A stretch of DNA of 64,000 nucleotides, from assembly GCA_964618805.1 (NCBI GenBank), contig CAZUBM010000001.1:96001-160000 (forward strand), given 5' to 3'. Shown here piece after piece: positions 8,917 to 19,211 of the stretch. A program made the translations under genes and the position numbers. Numbering within the stretch: the first letter of the stretch is position 1; every line of letters begins with the position of its first letter. The DNA comes from an uncultured Nitrososphaerota archaeon (GTDB lineage: Archaea > Korarchaeota > Korarchaeia > Korarchaeales > Korarchaeaceae). The notes beneath the pieces are model-generated. The model was given only the letters and a program-made list of their open reading frames with translations. It ran no database searches and had not been told where the DNA came from.

Positions 8917-10098
8917 TTAGCGCGCTGAAAGCCTTGTTTGCGCAAAAATTGAGAAAATAAATGCTCCAATTCCAGAAAGAAGAAAAAGAGAAGGATATCC
9001 GACAGAGGAAATCAGAAATCCAGAGACAGCCTGGGAAAGAGTATTTCCGCCATGAAATCCAAGCATAAGAAGACCTATATCTGCCCCATAGCTTCGCTTC
9101 CCAGCTATTCTTGCGGTAACCATCTCATAAGCTGCAATTATTGCTCCAGTAGCTGATCCTAAGACTAAGATAAGTGGTAGAACACTACAGTCCTTTGCAA
9201 AACCAAAAACAAGGACACCTACAAAGGAGTAGATGCCGGACAAGAGAAGGAAATTCTTATAGTTGATCATTAAAGAGAGCAGGTAAAGTGTGATCCCTGA
9301 AGCCAATGATTGTAGGCTTAGAAGCATACCTATCCTTTCAATTGGGAGGTTCATGGATTTAAGGAAAAGCGGAACGACATATGACCTAACGATTCCCACA
9401 GAGAATCCAGGAACGCATAGTAGAGCAACGAATGCCAGAAAAATCGAGCCCTTTCCCCTGAGATCTATTGCTCTGAAGACATCCTTTATTTCAGGGCTTC
9501 TTCTTTTAACTGTCTCAGGCAAAATCAGGGAGAGGATCATCATTGCTGCGCTAAGGGGAAGAAGGACAAGTAATGAGGGTCTGTAGAGTATCTTGGCAAC
9601 AAGAAACCCAGCAAGAACATTGCCAATTGCTCCAAAAATTGCAGTAACTGCTCTCATATTAAAAAGAGACTTTGCACTTCCTCTCCTTTGTTCTAAAAAA
9701 TATGCTCTGTTAACAGCCCATATGCAAGCTGCCTGAACTGCGCCCAGCAATCTCCCAACTGCAAATCCTATTGGAGTCCTCGCAAGGTAATAGGTAAATA
9801 GGGAAAGGGCGCTTCCTACTCCATTGAGAAAATAGAATGGCTTTCTACCAACGAAATCTGAGAGAGCTCCTAGGAATAGCCTAGTAATCTGGAAAAGGAA
9901 CGGCTGTAGAGAGTAGACTATACCTACTTGTTGAATAGAGAGGCCTTCCTCTCTCATCAGGATGGGTAATATCGTTGAAAGTGCTCCACCTTGCACCATG
10001 TAAATCGACTGGATTGTAAGAGCTTCAAATTCTCCCTTCCTACCATCACTCCTTTCCCGCTTTGGACTAAGTTCAACTGGTATATCAGCCACTAACAT
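8917..10098 (-). CDS. MFS transporter
   Basis: About 12 hydrophobic segments; GALSDFVGRK motif A. Confidence 0.85.
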   Translation of the reverse strand: MLVADIPVELSPKRERSDGRKGEFEALTIQSIYMVQGGALSTILPILMREEGLSIQQVGIVYSLQPFLFQITRLFLGALSDFVGRKPFYFLNGVGSALSLFTYYLARTPIGFAVGRLLGAVQAACIWAVNRAYFLEQRRGSAKSLFNMRAVTAIFGAIGNVLAGFLVAKILYRPSLLVLLPLSAAMMILSLILPETVKRRSPEIKDVFRAIDLRGKGSIFLAFVALLCVPGFSVGIVRSYVVPLFLKSMNLPIERIGMLLSLQSLASGITLYLLSLMINYKNFLLLSGIYSFVGVLVFGFAKDCSVLPLILVLGSATGAIIAAYEMVTARIAGKRSYGADIGLLMLGFHGGNTLSQAVSGFLISSVGYPSLFLLSGIGAFIFSIFAQTRLSAR

Positions 10099-10628
10099 AG
10101 AATTCTGCCTTAGAACTTAAAATACCTTCTTAGTGACTTCTTATCAGAATCCTTTTCATTTTCCTATTTTGATCGGCTTTAACCCTAAAAGCTTAGATGT
10201 AAGGATTCCTAATCAGAAGTTCGTGTGTGTGAGCAGATGGGAAGAGTGCTGTTCTCACTCAGGCAGGCTTTTACATCTCAGGGATCGATGTAGTCTCTCT
10301 GGAAGAGAAGAATAGGGGCCATTGAACTCAAGTTCTTGATAAGGAGAAGAGGGGGAAAGGAGCTCGTTGAGGGCATTGCCTTAAGCCCAGCTGAAAGGCC
10401 ATCTCAGCCTTCATGATCTATGCAGGCTTACTCCTTCTTAACATCTCCATGATATTCATATGGTAAGGAAGATGTCAAGGTGAATCCAGCGTTCTAGGAG
10501 AAGTGTCTATCTCTCATTTATTTGATTCATGATGGCTTTGCTATCAGATATTCGTCAAGTTCACTGCATCTCCAAGATAATGCTGGGATTTCTGGCCAAT
10601 ACGGGCTGGTAGTCTCGACAAAAATGGT

Positions 10629-11684
10629 CTAGCTCACTGAAATCTCCTTAACAAACTCTCTCACCAGCGAAATCGTATTTCTAAGGTCATCTACATGCGT
10701 GATTGCAGCAGGTCCATGGATGTACCTACAAGGAACAGCTACTGTTCCGCTGGGCACTCCAGCCTTCGTCAGATGGATGGCACCAGCATCTGTACCTCCC
10801 GAAGGGACCTTCTTAAACTGGAAGGGTATTGACTTCTCCCTCCCTATCCTGATGAGGGTCTTCAGAACCTTCGGGTGGGTTATAGTAGTCCTGTCAACAA
10901 TGGTCACAACAGGACCAGCCTTGAGCTTTGCAGACATCCTGTGGGGCTTAGTCCCAGGCACATCTGCGGCAAAAGTTCCTTCCAAGGCAAGGGCATAGTC
11001 TGGCTCAACCTGCCAAGCTGCTGTCCTCGCTCCTCTAAGGCCAACCTCTTCCTGCACCGTTCCTACAGCCACAAGATTGTAAGGGGAGTCCTTTAACGCT
11101 TTGAAGACTTCAGCAAGCACGGTACAACCAGCTCTGTCGTCGAAAGCCTTTCCCATGATGTAACCTCCTCCAAGGTCCGCAAACCTAGCGTCGAAAACCC
11201 CAGTTGTCCCTATCTCAACTCCCTTTTCTAAGACCTCCTCCGCACTTCCTGCACCAATGTCTATGAAGAGCTCCTCTATAGGCAGTACCTTCTTCCTTTC
11301 CTCTTCCTTCATTAGGTGAGGCGGCTTTGTCCCTATTATACCCTTAACGAAGCCCCTTTCTCCCTTAAGAAGGATCCTCTGTCCTGGCATTATGTTGGTA
11401 GTTATGCCTCCTAGCGTGTGGAAGCGGAGGAACCCTTCATCCTCTATGAAGGTAATTAGGAAGCCTACTTCATCCATGTGAGCTGCAAGCATCACCTTTG
11501 GGTAGCTGTCCTTCCCATGATGGTAGAAGAAAATGTTTCCTAGCTTGTCAACCTTAACCTCATCTGCTTTCTCCTCCAACTCCTCTCTCAGAACGTTGCG
11601 TACTTCCTCCTCATTCCCAGGAGGACCAAACGCATTTGAAAGCCTCTCCAAAAGCCTAATTTCCTCAGACAAATCGGTCACCAA
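10629..11684 (-). CDS. M42 family aminopeptidase (TET/FrvX-like)
   Basis: AAHMDE, KAFDDR, QEEVG, GGTDAG, RYIH. Confidence 0.95.
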   Translation of the reverse strand: MVTDLSEEIRLLERLSNAFGPPGNEEEVRNVLREELEEKADEVKVDKLGNIFFYHHGKDSYPKVMLAAHMDEVGFLITFIEDEGFLRFHTLGGITTNIMPGQRILLKGERGFVKGIIGTKPPHLMKEEERKKVLPIEELFIDIGAGSAEEVLEKGVEIGTTGVFDARFADLGGGYIMGKAFDDRAGCTVLAEVFKALKDSPYNLVAVGTVQEEVGLRGARTAAWQVEPDYALALEGTFAADVPGTKPHRMSAKLKAGPVVTIVDRTTITHPKVLKTLIRIGREKSIPFQFKKVPSGGTDAGAIHLTKAGVPSGTVAVPCRYIHGPAAITHVDDLRNTISLVREFVKEISVS

Positions 11685-12174
11685 TCCAGTTATCGACTGA
11701 TTTCGCTATATACTTTTCCAAACCTCCTTTAAGGTCCTTAATGCCATTTGCATTTAGTCAAAACGCAGAGGATCTAATGACCGATCGCCTTAAGCATGTC
11801 TATATGTGAAAGGGTGCAGGGGGGGTAATCGTGGTAATACATCGTTACGGGCCATCATGTTGGAATTCTAACCCCTAATTACAAGGAAAAGAATTATTTT
11901 CCACCTAATCTGGAAGTTTGAAGTTAACTATAGAAAAACAATGAAATAACAAGCTATCACTAAATTTCGATATCTCTAGGTGCTCATTTTCTATATTTCA
12001 GGAGATGCTTTCTTTTGGCTTGAAAAGGAGAAATTGGGATTGTAACATGAAACAAAAAGCAAATTCCAAGCAAATGTTCATGAAAACTGTAAAAATTAAT
12101 TTAAAGAGCTAACAAATGGCTTTTAGCGGACTTTAAAGTGAGCTGGTAAAAGCACCGAAAATTTCACCCATTAG

Positions 12175-12325
12175 ATGAAATCAAGCCCTCCTTTGGAAGA
12201 TACTTTTCCAAGAAAATGCATCGCTAGCTACGATGAACTCGAGCATGTAGTATGGGTCACGAAATAGCCTTTTCCATTCTCTCTGCGTTTTCATCGTAGT
12301 ACCTCCTAACCGAATCGATCAAACC
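12175..12325 (-). pseudogene. N-terminal remnant of a class I SAM methyltransferase
   Basis: Manual translation with frameshifts: VRRYYDENAER/EWKRLFRDPYYMLEFIVA/MHFL/KYLPKEGLI. Confidence 0.5.
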
Positions 12326-12412
12326 GAGATCCCTTGACGAATTAATGATTCTACATTTTAACATTCGTCTGCAAGCTATGTTTGATAAAAGCTCCTTTTT
12401 CTAGCCTCAAAG

Positions 12413-13063
12413 GTGCCTGACTTAGACTCGTTAAGCTTAATAAAAGATCAAAACGATGCCTTTAGGGTGCCTATAGACAAGCTAGAGAGAATTTTGGCGG
12501 AGAAATTCCCCGACGAAGCAGGCTCTTCTTTAGCAAAAGCCTTGTCTTTGGCCCTAGAAAAAGGAAGAATCTCTTACGAAGAGATTGAGTCCATAGGGTG
12601 TTCCTTAGAGGACCTTCTCCTGGCTTTCAAAGAAAGGCTTTTGATCCCAACAAGGACATCCCAGGCTTCTAGAACTCTTGCATGGGAGGACAGGATACTG
12701 GCACCTAAGAAGGGAGAAACTTACGAAATGCCTAACGTGATAAGGTATTTGTTAAGTCATGTGGAGAAAACAGGAAAATGGGATCCAGCTCAGGCCGTTA
12801 AAAAGTATTTTGAGAAAATGGGCGATCCTGAAGCTGATAAAATGATTAAACTCTTCTTAGAACTGAAAAAGAGGCTGATAAGCTCAAGAAATAACAAAAT
12901 AAAGCCTGAAGATCTCAAGGAAATTTCAAGCAAACTTGAGCTGAACTTAGACATAGGTTCAACGATTGCAAAGCTGAAAGGAGCTGGCATAATAAGCCCT
13001 TGCCTACGTGGCTTCATGAAATACGGCATTAGGTACGAGGTGAACCCCTCGCTATTGAAATGA
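12413..13063 (+). CDS. Hypothetical protein (possible tandem winged-helix)
   Basis: 216 aa ORF; IAKLKGAGIISP...YEVNPSL. Confidence 0.7.
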   Translation: MPDLDSLSLIKDQNDAFRVPIDKLERILAEKFPDEAGSSLAKALSLALEKGRISYEEIESIGCSLEDLLLAFKERLLIPTRTSQASRTLAWEDRILAPKKGETYEMPNVIRYLLSHVEKTGKWDPAQAVKKYFEKMGDPEADKMIKLFLELKKRLISSRNNKIKPEDLKEISSKLELNLDIGSTIAKLKGAGIISPCLRGFMKYGIRYEVNPSLLK

Positions 13064-13086
13064 GTAGGCTAGCTACATAAAAAGGC

Positions 13087-13582
13087 TTAGAATGACTTTA
13101 TCCTTTCTATGTTCCTCTTCCTAGTCTCCTTAAGATCAGCACCGCATTTCCCGCAATTCTTAGAGAAGAAATCAACTGGACTGCCGCATTCAGGGCACTT
13201 CCACATGGATTCCTGCTCCTCAAGCCACACTTGCTCTCCTATCTCCTTAAGCCTCATTAGATTGTAATACGGTACTTCTTCGTATCTTCCGTCTAACTCC
13301 TTCCAGAGTCACATTCAGTGAGACTTGGACATTGATAACAGTAATTGTATCCTTTAGAGTCCAAACACTTCTGTATCTTACATCTCTCGCTTCCATCATG
13401 ATTATTTCCGAAAGACCAATCTCCAAGCTCAGGGTTCTGGCATCCATTACATCTGACAAGGTTTGGAGGGCAATTAAAGCGCTCTGCCACCATTCTTGCC
13501 CTTTCTAAGTCTTCATCCTTGAATATCCTGTGTATCACGCAAGCTCCACACTAAATACGCACCTTCCGAGGAGCTTGCTCAT
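13087..13582 (-). pseudogene. DUF3795-like Cys-rich protein, frameshifted
   Basis: GRC/..CGAC..RCNGC..CKIQKC..GYNYCYQC..WLEEQESMWKCPECG..NCGKCG, across stops and frameshifts. Confidence 0.7.
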
Positions 13583-13586
13583 GAGC

Positions 13587-13967
13587 TTATTTCTCCTCTT
13601 CCTCTTCTATCTCAGTGTATAAGCCTAGAAGATTTCCATCTGGATCTGTAAAGAGGGCAAACCAGCTTTTTCCTTCCTCAACTGGAATCTTTTCCTGAAC
13701 GACGCTCCCTCCTAACTCCTTTATCCTCTCTAAAACCGCATCTATGTCATCAACATATATATAAGGGATGATGCCCAACTCAGCCTCTTCCTCTACCTTC
13801 ATTAGACCCCCTCCGGGGGGATTTGGAGTGGTTATAAGAGCATATTCAACCTCAGGGTGAAGCTCGATTTCCCACCCAAAAAGTTCTGAGTAGAACTTCC
13901 TCGCCTTCTCCAGGTCCTTAACTGGGATCTCTATATGGCAAAAGCTATTCCTCAAATCGAAAAGCAA
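13587..13967 (-). CDS. VOC/glyoxalase family protein
   Basis: HIEIPVKDLEKARKFYSELFGW; FTDPDGNLLGL. Confidence 0.92.
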   Translation of the reverse strand: MLFDLRNSFCHIEIPVKDLEKARKFYSELFGWEIELHPEVEYALITTPNPPGGGLMKVEEEAELGIIPYIYVDDIDAVLERIKELGGSVVQEKIPVEEGKSWFALFTDPDGNLLGLYTEIEEEEEK

Positions 13968-14214
13968 TACATCACCTCCTCTTATTTTTTAGATTAGAAT
14001 TTAAATTATTACATTTTAATTCGAACTAATGAAAGAGTTCTTCCCCTAACCTTAGCAAATGAGTAAGCGTGATTATCCAATAGATAGATTATTCAGGTAG
14101 GCATTTGGTTGATTACACTGCGTTCTCTCTCTTTCAAAGGAGATGTGACGGACTATAGACGGATAGGTGGATATACCGTTGAGATAATTTTATCCATATT
14201 CCTGCCTAGCCGAC

Positions 14215-14778
14215 TTGGTGAATGAACAAGTGAAGATATTTGCTTTCTCAGGTAGTCCTAGAAAAGGTGGAAACACGGATATTCTTACTAAGATCTTCAT
14301 AGAGTATGTGAATAATATGGGAGCTGAAGCCGAACTTGTGAGAATATGCGATTATCAAATAAGTCCATGCGCTAGCTGTCGTCTATGTGTTGATGCTGGG
14401 AAATGCGTATTAGAGGATGGAATGGGAGAGTTATACCCTAAGCTATTAGAAGCGGACGGTATATTGATAGCTTCTCCAGTATACTTTAACAACGTGTCTG
14501 CTCAAACTAAGGCTTTCATGGATAGAACTTGGTGCTTAAGGGGCAAATTGAAGTGGAAAGTTGGAGGAGCAATTGTTGTAGGCAGAAGATATGGCCATGA
14601 ATTAGCTTTGAACGCTATACACTCCTTTTTCCTTAAGCATGAGATGATACTAGCATATAGAGGGGTTGTGTCCTTTGCCTTCGATAAGGGAGAAGCCTTA
14701 AATGACAAGAAGGCAATTGAATGTACCAGATACCTTGCCAGATCCATGGTTGAGCTGATAAGAAAATTAAAAACATGA
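14215..14778 (+). CDS. Iron-sulfur flavoprotein / NADPH-dependent FMN reductase family
   Basis: GSPRKGGNT, PCASCRLC...C, ASPVYF. Confidence 0.9.
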   Translation: MVNEQVKIFAFSGSPRKGGNTDILTKIFIEYVNNMGAEAELVRICDYQISPCASCRLCVDAGKCVLEDGMGELYPKLLEADGILIASPVYFNNVSAQTKAFMDRTWCLRGKLKWKVGGAIVVGRRYGHELALNAIHSFFLKHEMILAYRGVVSFAFDKGEALNDKKAIECTRYLARSMVELIRKLKT

Positions 14779-14948
14779 ATTTGAAATAATTAGACTTACT
14801 TCCTCTTTTAGAACATTCAACTTCTTGAAATGGCACGTTGAACTCGGTTTTTAATGATCGAGGGCCCGAAAACAAGGTAAATCTTAAAGTCAACACTTCG
14901 ACAGCTTTTTATAAGAAGCTAAGATCTAATTGCTGGTGATCTTGCCAT

Positions 14949-15803
14949 ATGGAAGCAAAAAAAGCTAAGCCGACCCTTCCTCCTGCTGTTAGGAAGCCTC
15001 CTACGAGAGAAGAAATCATGGAGAAAATAAGAGAGAGTCTTAAGGGAATAAAACACAAGATAATTGTCCTAAGTGGGAAAGGAGGGGTTGGGAAGTCTGC
15101 AGTGACAGCAAACCTGGCTGCTGTGCTTGCAAAAGAGGGTCACTCTGTTGGGGTATTTGATTACGACTTCCACGGTCCAGCAATGGCAAGGATGCTTGGA
15201 GTTCTTGGAGAAAGCCCTTCTGCCCTTCCCTTTGGAATTTTCCCCGTGACTGGCGTACTAGGAATAAAGGTTTTCTCATTAGCATTTTTGTTGCCGGATG
15301 AAAGGACGCCGGTTATATGGAGAGGTCCTCTCAAGGCTAAAGCCCTTCAGGAACTCATGACTAACATAATATGGGGCAAATTGGATTTCCTCCTATTCGA
15401 TCTCCCACCAGGAACTGGAGATGAAGCCCTTAACATAGCTCAAAACATACCTGATGTTAAAGGAGCCATTGTCGTAACCATACCAACCGTTGTTTCAGCA
15501 GTTGCTGTGGAGAAATCGGTTGAATTCTGCAAAAAGCTCAAGATACCACTTTTAGGGGTCATAGAAAATATGAGCTACTTTAGATGTCCATATTGCGGTC
15601 AGGTAACGGAAGTATTTGGTAAAGGAGCCGGAAAGAGGATAGCCGAAGATGAAAGCATTCGTTTACTTGGAAAAATCCCTCTAGACCCCGAGATGGCTAG
15701 ATGTCTGGACAAGGGATCTCCTATGATAGTCTGTAAGCCTGATTCGGAATCAACAAAATCATTTGAGGCAGTAGCTAAATCCTTACTTCAATTGCTTTCC
15801 TGA
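14949..15803 (+). CDS. mrp: Mrp/NBP35 (ApbC) Fe-S cluster carrier ATPase
   Basis: SGKGGVGKS, WRGP, DLPPGTGD, ENMS..CPYC. Confidence 0.93.
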   Translation: MEAKKAKPTLPPAVRKPPTREEIMEKIRESLKGIKHKIIVLSGKGGVGKSAVTANLAAVLAKEGHSVGVFDYDFHGPAMARMLGVLGESPSALPFGIFPVTGVLGIKVFSLAFLLPDERTPVIWRGPLKAKALQELMTNIIWGKLDFLLFDLPPGTGDEALNIAQNIPDVKGAIVVTIPTVVSAVAVEKSVEFCKKLKIPLLGVIENMSYFRCPYCGQVTEVFGKGAGKRIAEDESIRLLGKIPLDPEMARCLDKGSPMIVCKPDSESTKSFEAVAKSLLQLLS

Positions 15804-15899
15804 GCTTAGGTTAGATCTTAATTAAAAGTAAGGGCTCAAATTCACATGGACAGGAGTTAAATCGCTAGATTTCATAAAGCGAGAGATTTGAAGCATCTT

Positions 15900-16440
15900 A
15901 GAAAGCTTCTTTTTGATCTCTATTTTTATTTAGCTTCAAAAACCCCTTACGATAATTTCACTCACTACTTCGACATATCCGCTAGGGGAGATCTTCGTGC
16001 AATCAGCAAAGATAAGGTAACAGAAAAGTGCTCCGAAGAAGGTCCTAAAAACAACTTCAGAGCATTCCCTTGGGCACCCCTAGTTTGATTATCATCTCTC
16101 CTCCAGTCTCAAAAGGTTATCACAAAGTTGTCCGCACGGCTTCCCTATGGAAGGTATTCTGTCTTTTGAAGCTATTGCATGAAGAAAGATAGTATTTCGA
16201 AGCGATTTGAAAAGTTCCTCTATGCTTCCATGTTCCTTTAGAAATTCATCTATCATAAGCTTATGTGGAAATACAATAAAAGTCGTCTCTTTTATTCTCT
16301 TCTTTGCCATTAAAATACCAGTAGATTAGGCTTTTTGAAATCCCCACCCTTCTAACTATCTCTTCTATTTTTGCGTAATCGAATCCCTTCTTCGCTAATA
16401 TTTCTACAGCTGATTTTGGTCTTTTCTCTCCTATTGAGAT
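15900..16440 (-). pseudogene. TetR-family regulator remnant
   Basis: Manual translation SAVEILAKKGFDYAKIEEIVRRVG/SKSLIYWYFNGKEE; divergent from the radical SAM gene; boundaries approximate. Confidence 0.65.
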
Positions 16441-16522
16441 TTCTTCCCACGATTTATGGTCAATTGCGTGTGACTGATAAGATTTAATTTGGCTGATAGG
16501 TCGATTAGCAAAAGGAGGGGGG

Positions 16523-17968
16523 ATGTCTCATAAGCTAGATGAAAAGAAAAGCATCAATTTTGGGATTCCCGATCTTATTGCATCCCTTAGAAATGTACTA
16601 GGGAATAGGTTTCTTAGATATTTTCTAAGAAATATAGGTCAGAAAGAGCTAGAATGGATTTTAGGAGTTTATTCAGGCTTATACAAGCCAAGAAATTATA
16701 AGGAAGAATTTCTCCTAGATGTAATATCTAAGACGCTTTCAAAAGTCTTACCTAAGTTTGGTGTTAAAGAGGAAGCCCTTAAGTGTGCCCTTAAGGATGG
16801 TTACATGAGAAAAGGGGTCGCAAACATACTAATGGGCATAGCTGAGAATGGGATCACAAGGCCCCAAATGCTTCATGCTCCTTTCATGGTGGTATGGGAT
16901 TTCACGAGACAATGCAACCTTAGATGTAAGCACTGTTATGCAGATGCAAGTCCCGAACCAGCACCAGATGAATTAAGTCTAAAGGAAAAGCTTGAGGTCC
17001 TAAGACAGTTAGATGAGGCCGGGGTAGCAGCTATCTCCTTTTCAGGAGGAGAGCCGCTTATTAACAAGGACTTCTGGATTGTTGCTAAGAAAGCAGCAGA
17101 ATTGGGCTTTTATGTGAGTGTGGCTACAAATGGAACCCTTTTAACCCCAACAGTTGCTCTAAAGCTGAAGAAAATTGGAGTGAGATATGTGGAGATAAGC
17201 CTGGATTCATCTAGGCCTGAAGAGCATGATGAGTTCAGGGGATTGCCTGGCGCATGGAGAAGAGCAGTTGAAGGCATAATAAACTCTAAGAACGCTGGAT
17301 TAAGTGTTGGGATAGCTACTACTGTCACAAAAATCAATTATAAGAGGATTCCAGAGCTAATATCACTTGCTAGGAAATTAAAAGTAGAAAAATTCATTGC
17401 GTTCAACTTCATTCCTACGGGAAGGGGAAAAGAAATCATGGAATTGGATCTCTCTCCAGAAGAAAGGGAAAAGCTTCTGAATTACCTGTATAAAGAACTC
17501 ATTTCTGGAGATCTCCAAGTATTTTCGACAGCTCCCATGTACGCAGTGGTGTCCGTGAAACATGCAAGGGAGGAGAAGAAAATAACTCCCACTCACTTTG
17601 CAGAACTTTCAATTCCAGAGGAGTACATTCCAGCTGGACTTGCCTTAGCAGAATTTCTAGGAGGGTGTGGGGCAGGAAGAATTTACTGTTCAATTGAGCA
17701 AAATGGAGACATACAGCCCTGCGTTTTCCTTCCAATCAGGGTAGGGAACGTGATAAAAGATGGTTTCATGAATGTTTGGAAGAATAGTCCGATCATGAAG
17801 AAGCTTAGAGATAGGGACAACTATGGCTGTACTTTCTGCCAGTACAAGTACATATGCGGGGGATGTAGAGCAAGAGCCTATGCTTATTATGGCGACATAG
17901 CGGCCCCCGATCCAAGCTGTTCCTTTAACGAGGTACTTTGGAAGAGGATTCTAGTAAATGCAAGGTAA
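16523..17968 (+). CDS. Radical SAM protein with SPASM domain (NirJ/Ahb/MftC-like)
   Basis: CNLRCKHC, SGGEP, CGAGRIYC...QPC, CTFC...CGGCRARAY. Confidence 0.92.
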   Translation: MSHKLDEKKSINFGIPDLIASLRNVLGNRFLRYFLRNIGQKELEWILGVYSGLYKPRNYKEEFLLDVISKTLSKVLPKFGVKEEALKCALKDGYMRKGVANILMGIAENGITRPQMLHAPFMVVWDFTRQCNLRCKHCYADASPEPAPDELSLKEKLEVLRQLDEAGVAAISFSGGEPLINKDFWIVAKKAAELGFYVSVATNGTLLTPTVALKLKKIGVRYVEISLDSSRPEEHDEFRGLPGAWRRAVEGIINSKNAGLSVGIATTVTKINYKRIPELISLARKLKVEKFIAFNFIPTGRGKEIMELDLSPEEREKLLNYLYKELISGDLQVFSTAPMYAVVSVKHAREEKKITPTHFAELSIPEEYIPAGLALAEFLGGCGAGRIYCSIEQNGDIQPCVFLPIRVGNVIKDGFMNVWKNSPIMKKLRDRDNYGCTFCQYKYICGGCRARAYAYYGDIAAPDPSCSFNEVLWKRILVNAR

Positions 17969-18115
17969 GAATAGCATCTTCTTACAGTTTTTAGCCCAAA
18001 ATTTCTCTGAAGTCCTCCTCTTGGCATACATGCCCAGAGTTCTAGAGTTCCTTGGCACTGATGGAAGGAGATTAGCGCATATCCAAAAATACAGAAGGTT
18101 GATGATGGTGGGAAA

Positions 18116-18283
18116 ATGAGTTTTGCGATAGTAGCAAGAAACTTGACAAAATACCATGGAAATTTGCTAGCTGTGGATCATATCCCCTTTAACGTTAGGG
18201 AGGGGCAGATCTTCGGTTTTTAGGCCCGAATGGAGCTGAAAAACTACAACATCCTGATTGTTGTAGTCTCTCAAAAATAAGCG
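18116..18283 (+). pseudogene. Decayed 5' fragment of an ABC ATPase, paralog of 19193-20149
   Basis: MSFAIVARNLTKYHGNLLAVDHIPFNVREGQIFGF/GPNGA; matches the N-terminus of the downstream gene. Confidence 0.8.
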
Positions 18284-18415
18284 CGTGCTCTCCTCCACTC
18301 TCATGAGACCTTCATCTTGGAGATAGTTCGAATCAAAAAAGCGTTCAGGCCTTGTAAGAAGTTTCCAATCCGATTCCTTCTCTTAGACCATGTTCGCATC
18401 AAGAGCCTTCCCCTC

Positions 18416-18742
18416 CTACTCAAAGGAAATGGTTCCATCAACAAGATTTACGACTATCTTTTTTGCCTTAAGCCTCCATACTTTCTCTGGAGCTCCAGGT
18501 CCACTCTCCCTGTAGCTTGCGAGCTCGATTATTCCAATGTCCTTAAGCACAGATAGGTGGTAGTAGAGGGTGGATTTAGGGAAGTGTCTTCCGAAGGTCT
18601 CCTCAAGCCTCTCAGCTATTTCATTTGTGCTCAGTTCCCCGGAAGAGAGTGCCTTTATTATGGCCCATCTCGGCCCGCAGGCTGTGGCTCTTAGGGTCAT
18701 GATTACTTCCTTGAAAGGAAGCCTTTTGCAGCGTCTCATCAA
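18416..18742 (-). CDS. ArsR-like winged-helix regulator
   Basis: RWAIIKALS..LSTNEIA..KSTLYYHLSVLKDIGII. Confidence 0.85.
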   Translation of the reverse strand: MMRRCKRLPFKEVIMTLRATACGPRWAIIKALSSGELSTNEIAERLEETFGRHFPKSTLYYHLSVLKDIGIIELASYRESGPGAPEKVWRLKAKKIVVNLVDGTISFE

Positions 18743-18803
18743 GGGATTAGGGTGGGAATATTTATAATTATGTTGAGGATATCACGAATAATTTGGTGAT
18801 ATT

Positions 18804-19211
18804 TTGAAGATAGCAGTACCAAGCGCGGACGATAGGGGCCTAGACTCTGAAGTGGGACGACATTTCGGAAGGGTACCGTATTACACCATAGTGTTAGTTG
18901 AGGATGATGCGATAAAAGAGGTCGAGGTCGTCAGAAATCCCTTCAGCGAGCATCAACCTGGACAAATCCCCAGTTTTCTGAGACAGAAAGGGGTCGGCGT
19001 CATCATAGCCTATGGGGTTGGTTGGAGGGCCAGGGAGTTCTTCAACTCCCTAGGGATAAGTGTGATAACTGGGGCCTATGGGAAAGTTGGAGAGGTTGTA
19101 GAATCCTACATAAGGGGATCTATAAGGACTGATGAATCTTGGGAAGAAGGCCCAGAGTTCCACAGACATAAAATGGGTGAAGGAAGCAGAAAATGCAGAG
19201 ACATTTGGTAA
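18804..19211 (+). CDS. NifB/NifX-family (MTH1175-like) metallocluster-binding protein
   Basis: MKIAVP...HFGR.PY...GVGVII..GVG.RA. Confidence 0.9.
   Translation: MKIAVPSADDRGLDSEVGRHFGRVPYYTIVLVEDDAIKEVEVVRNPFSEHQPGQIPSFLRQKGVGVIIAYGVGWRAREFFNSLGISVITGAYGKVGEVVESYIRGSIRTDESWEEGPEFHRHKMGEGSRKCRDIW

Noticed and set aside
16523-17968. SPASM radical SAM plus ABC-2 exporter plus TldD/PmbA as a RiPP cluster
   Set aside because: No convincing precursor peptide or PqqD/RRE domain; the genes are not co-transcribed; TldD/PmbA are common housekeeping genes in archaea.
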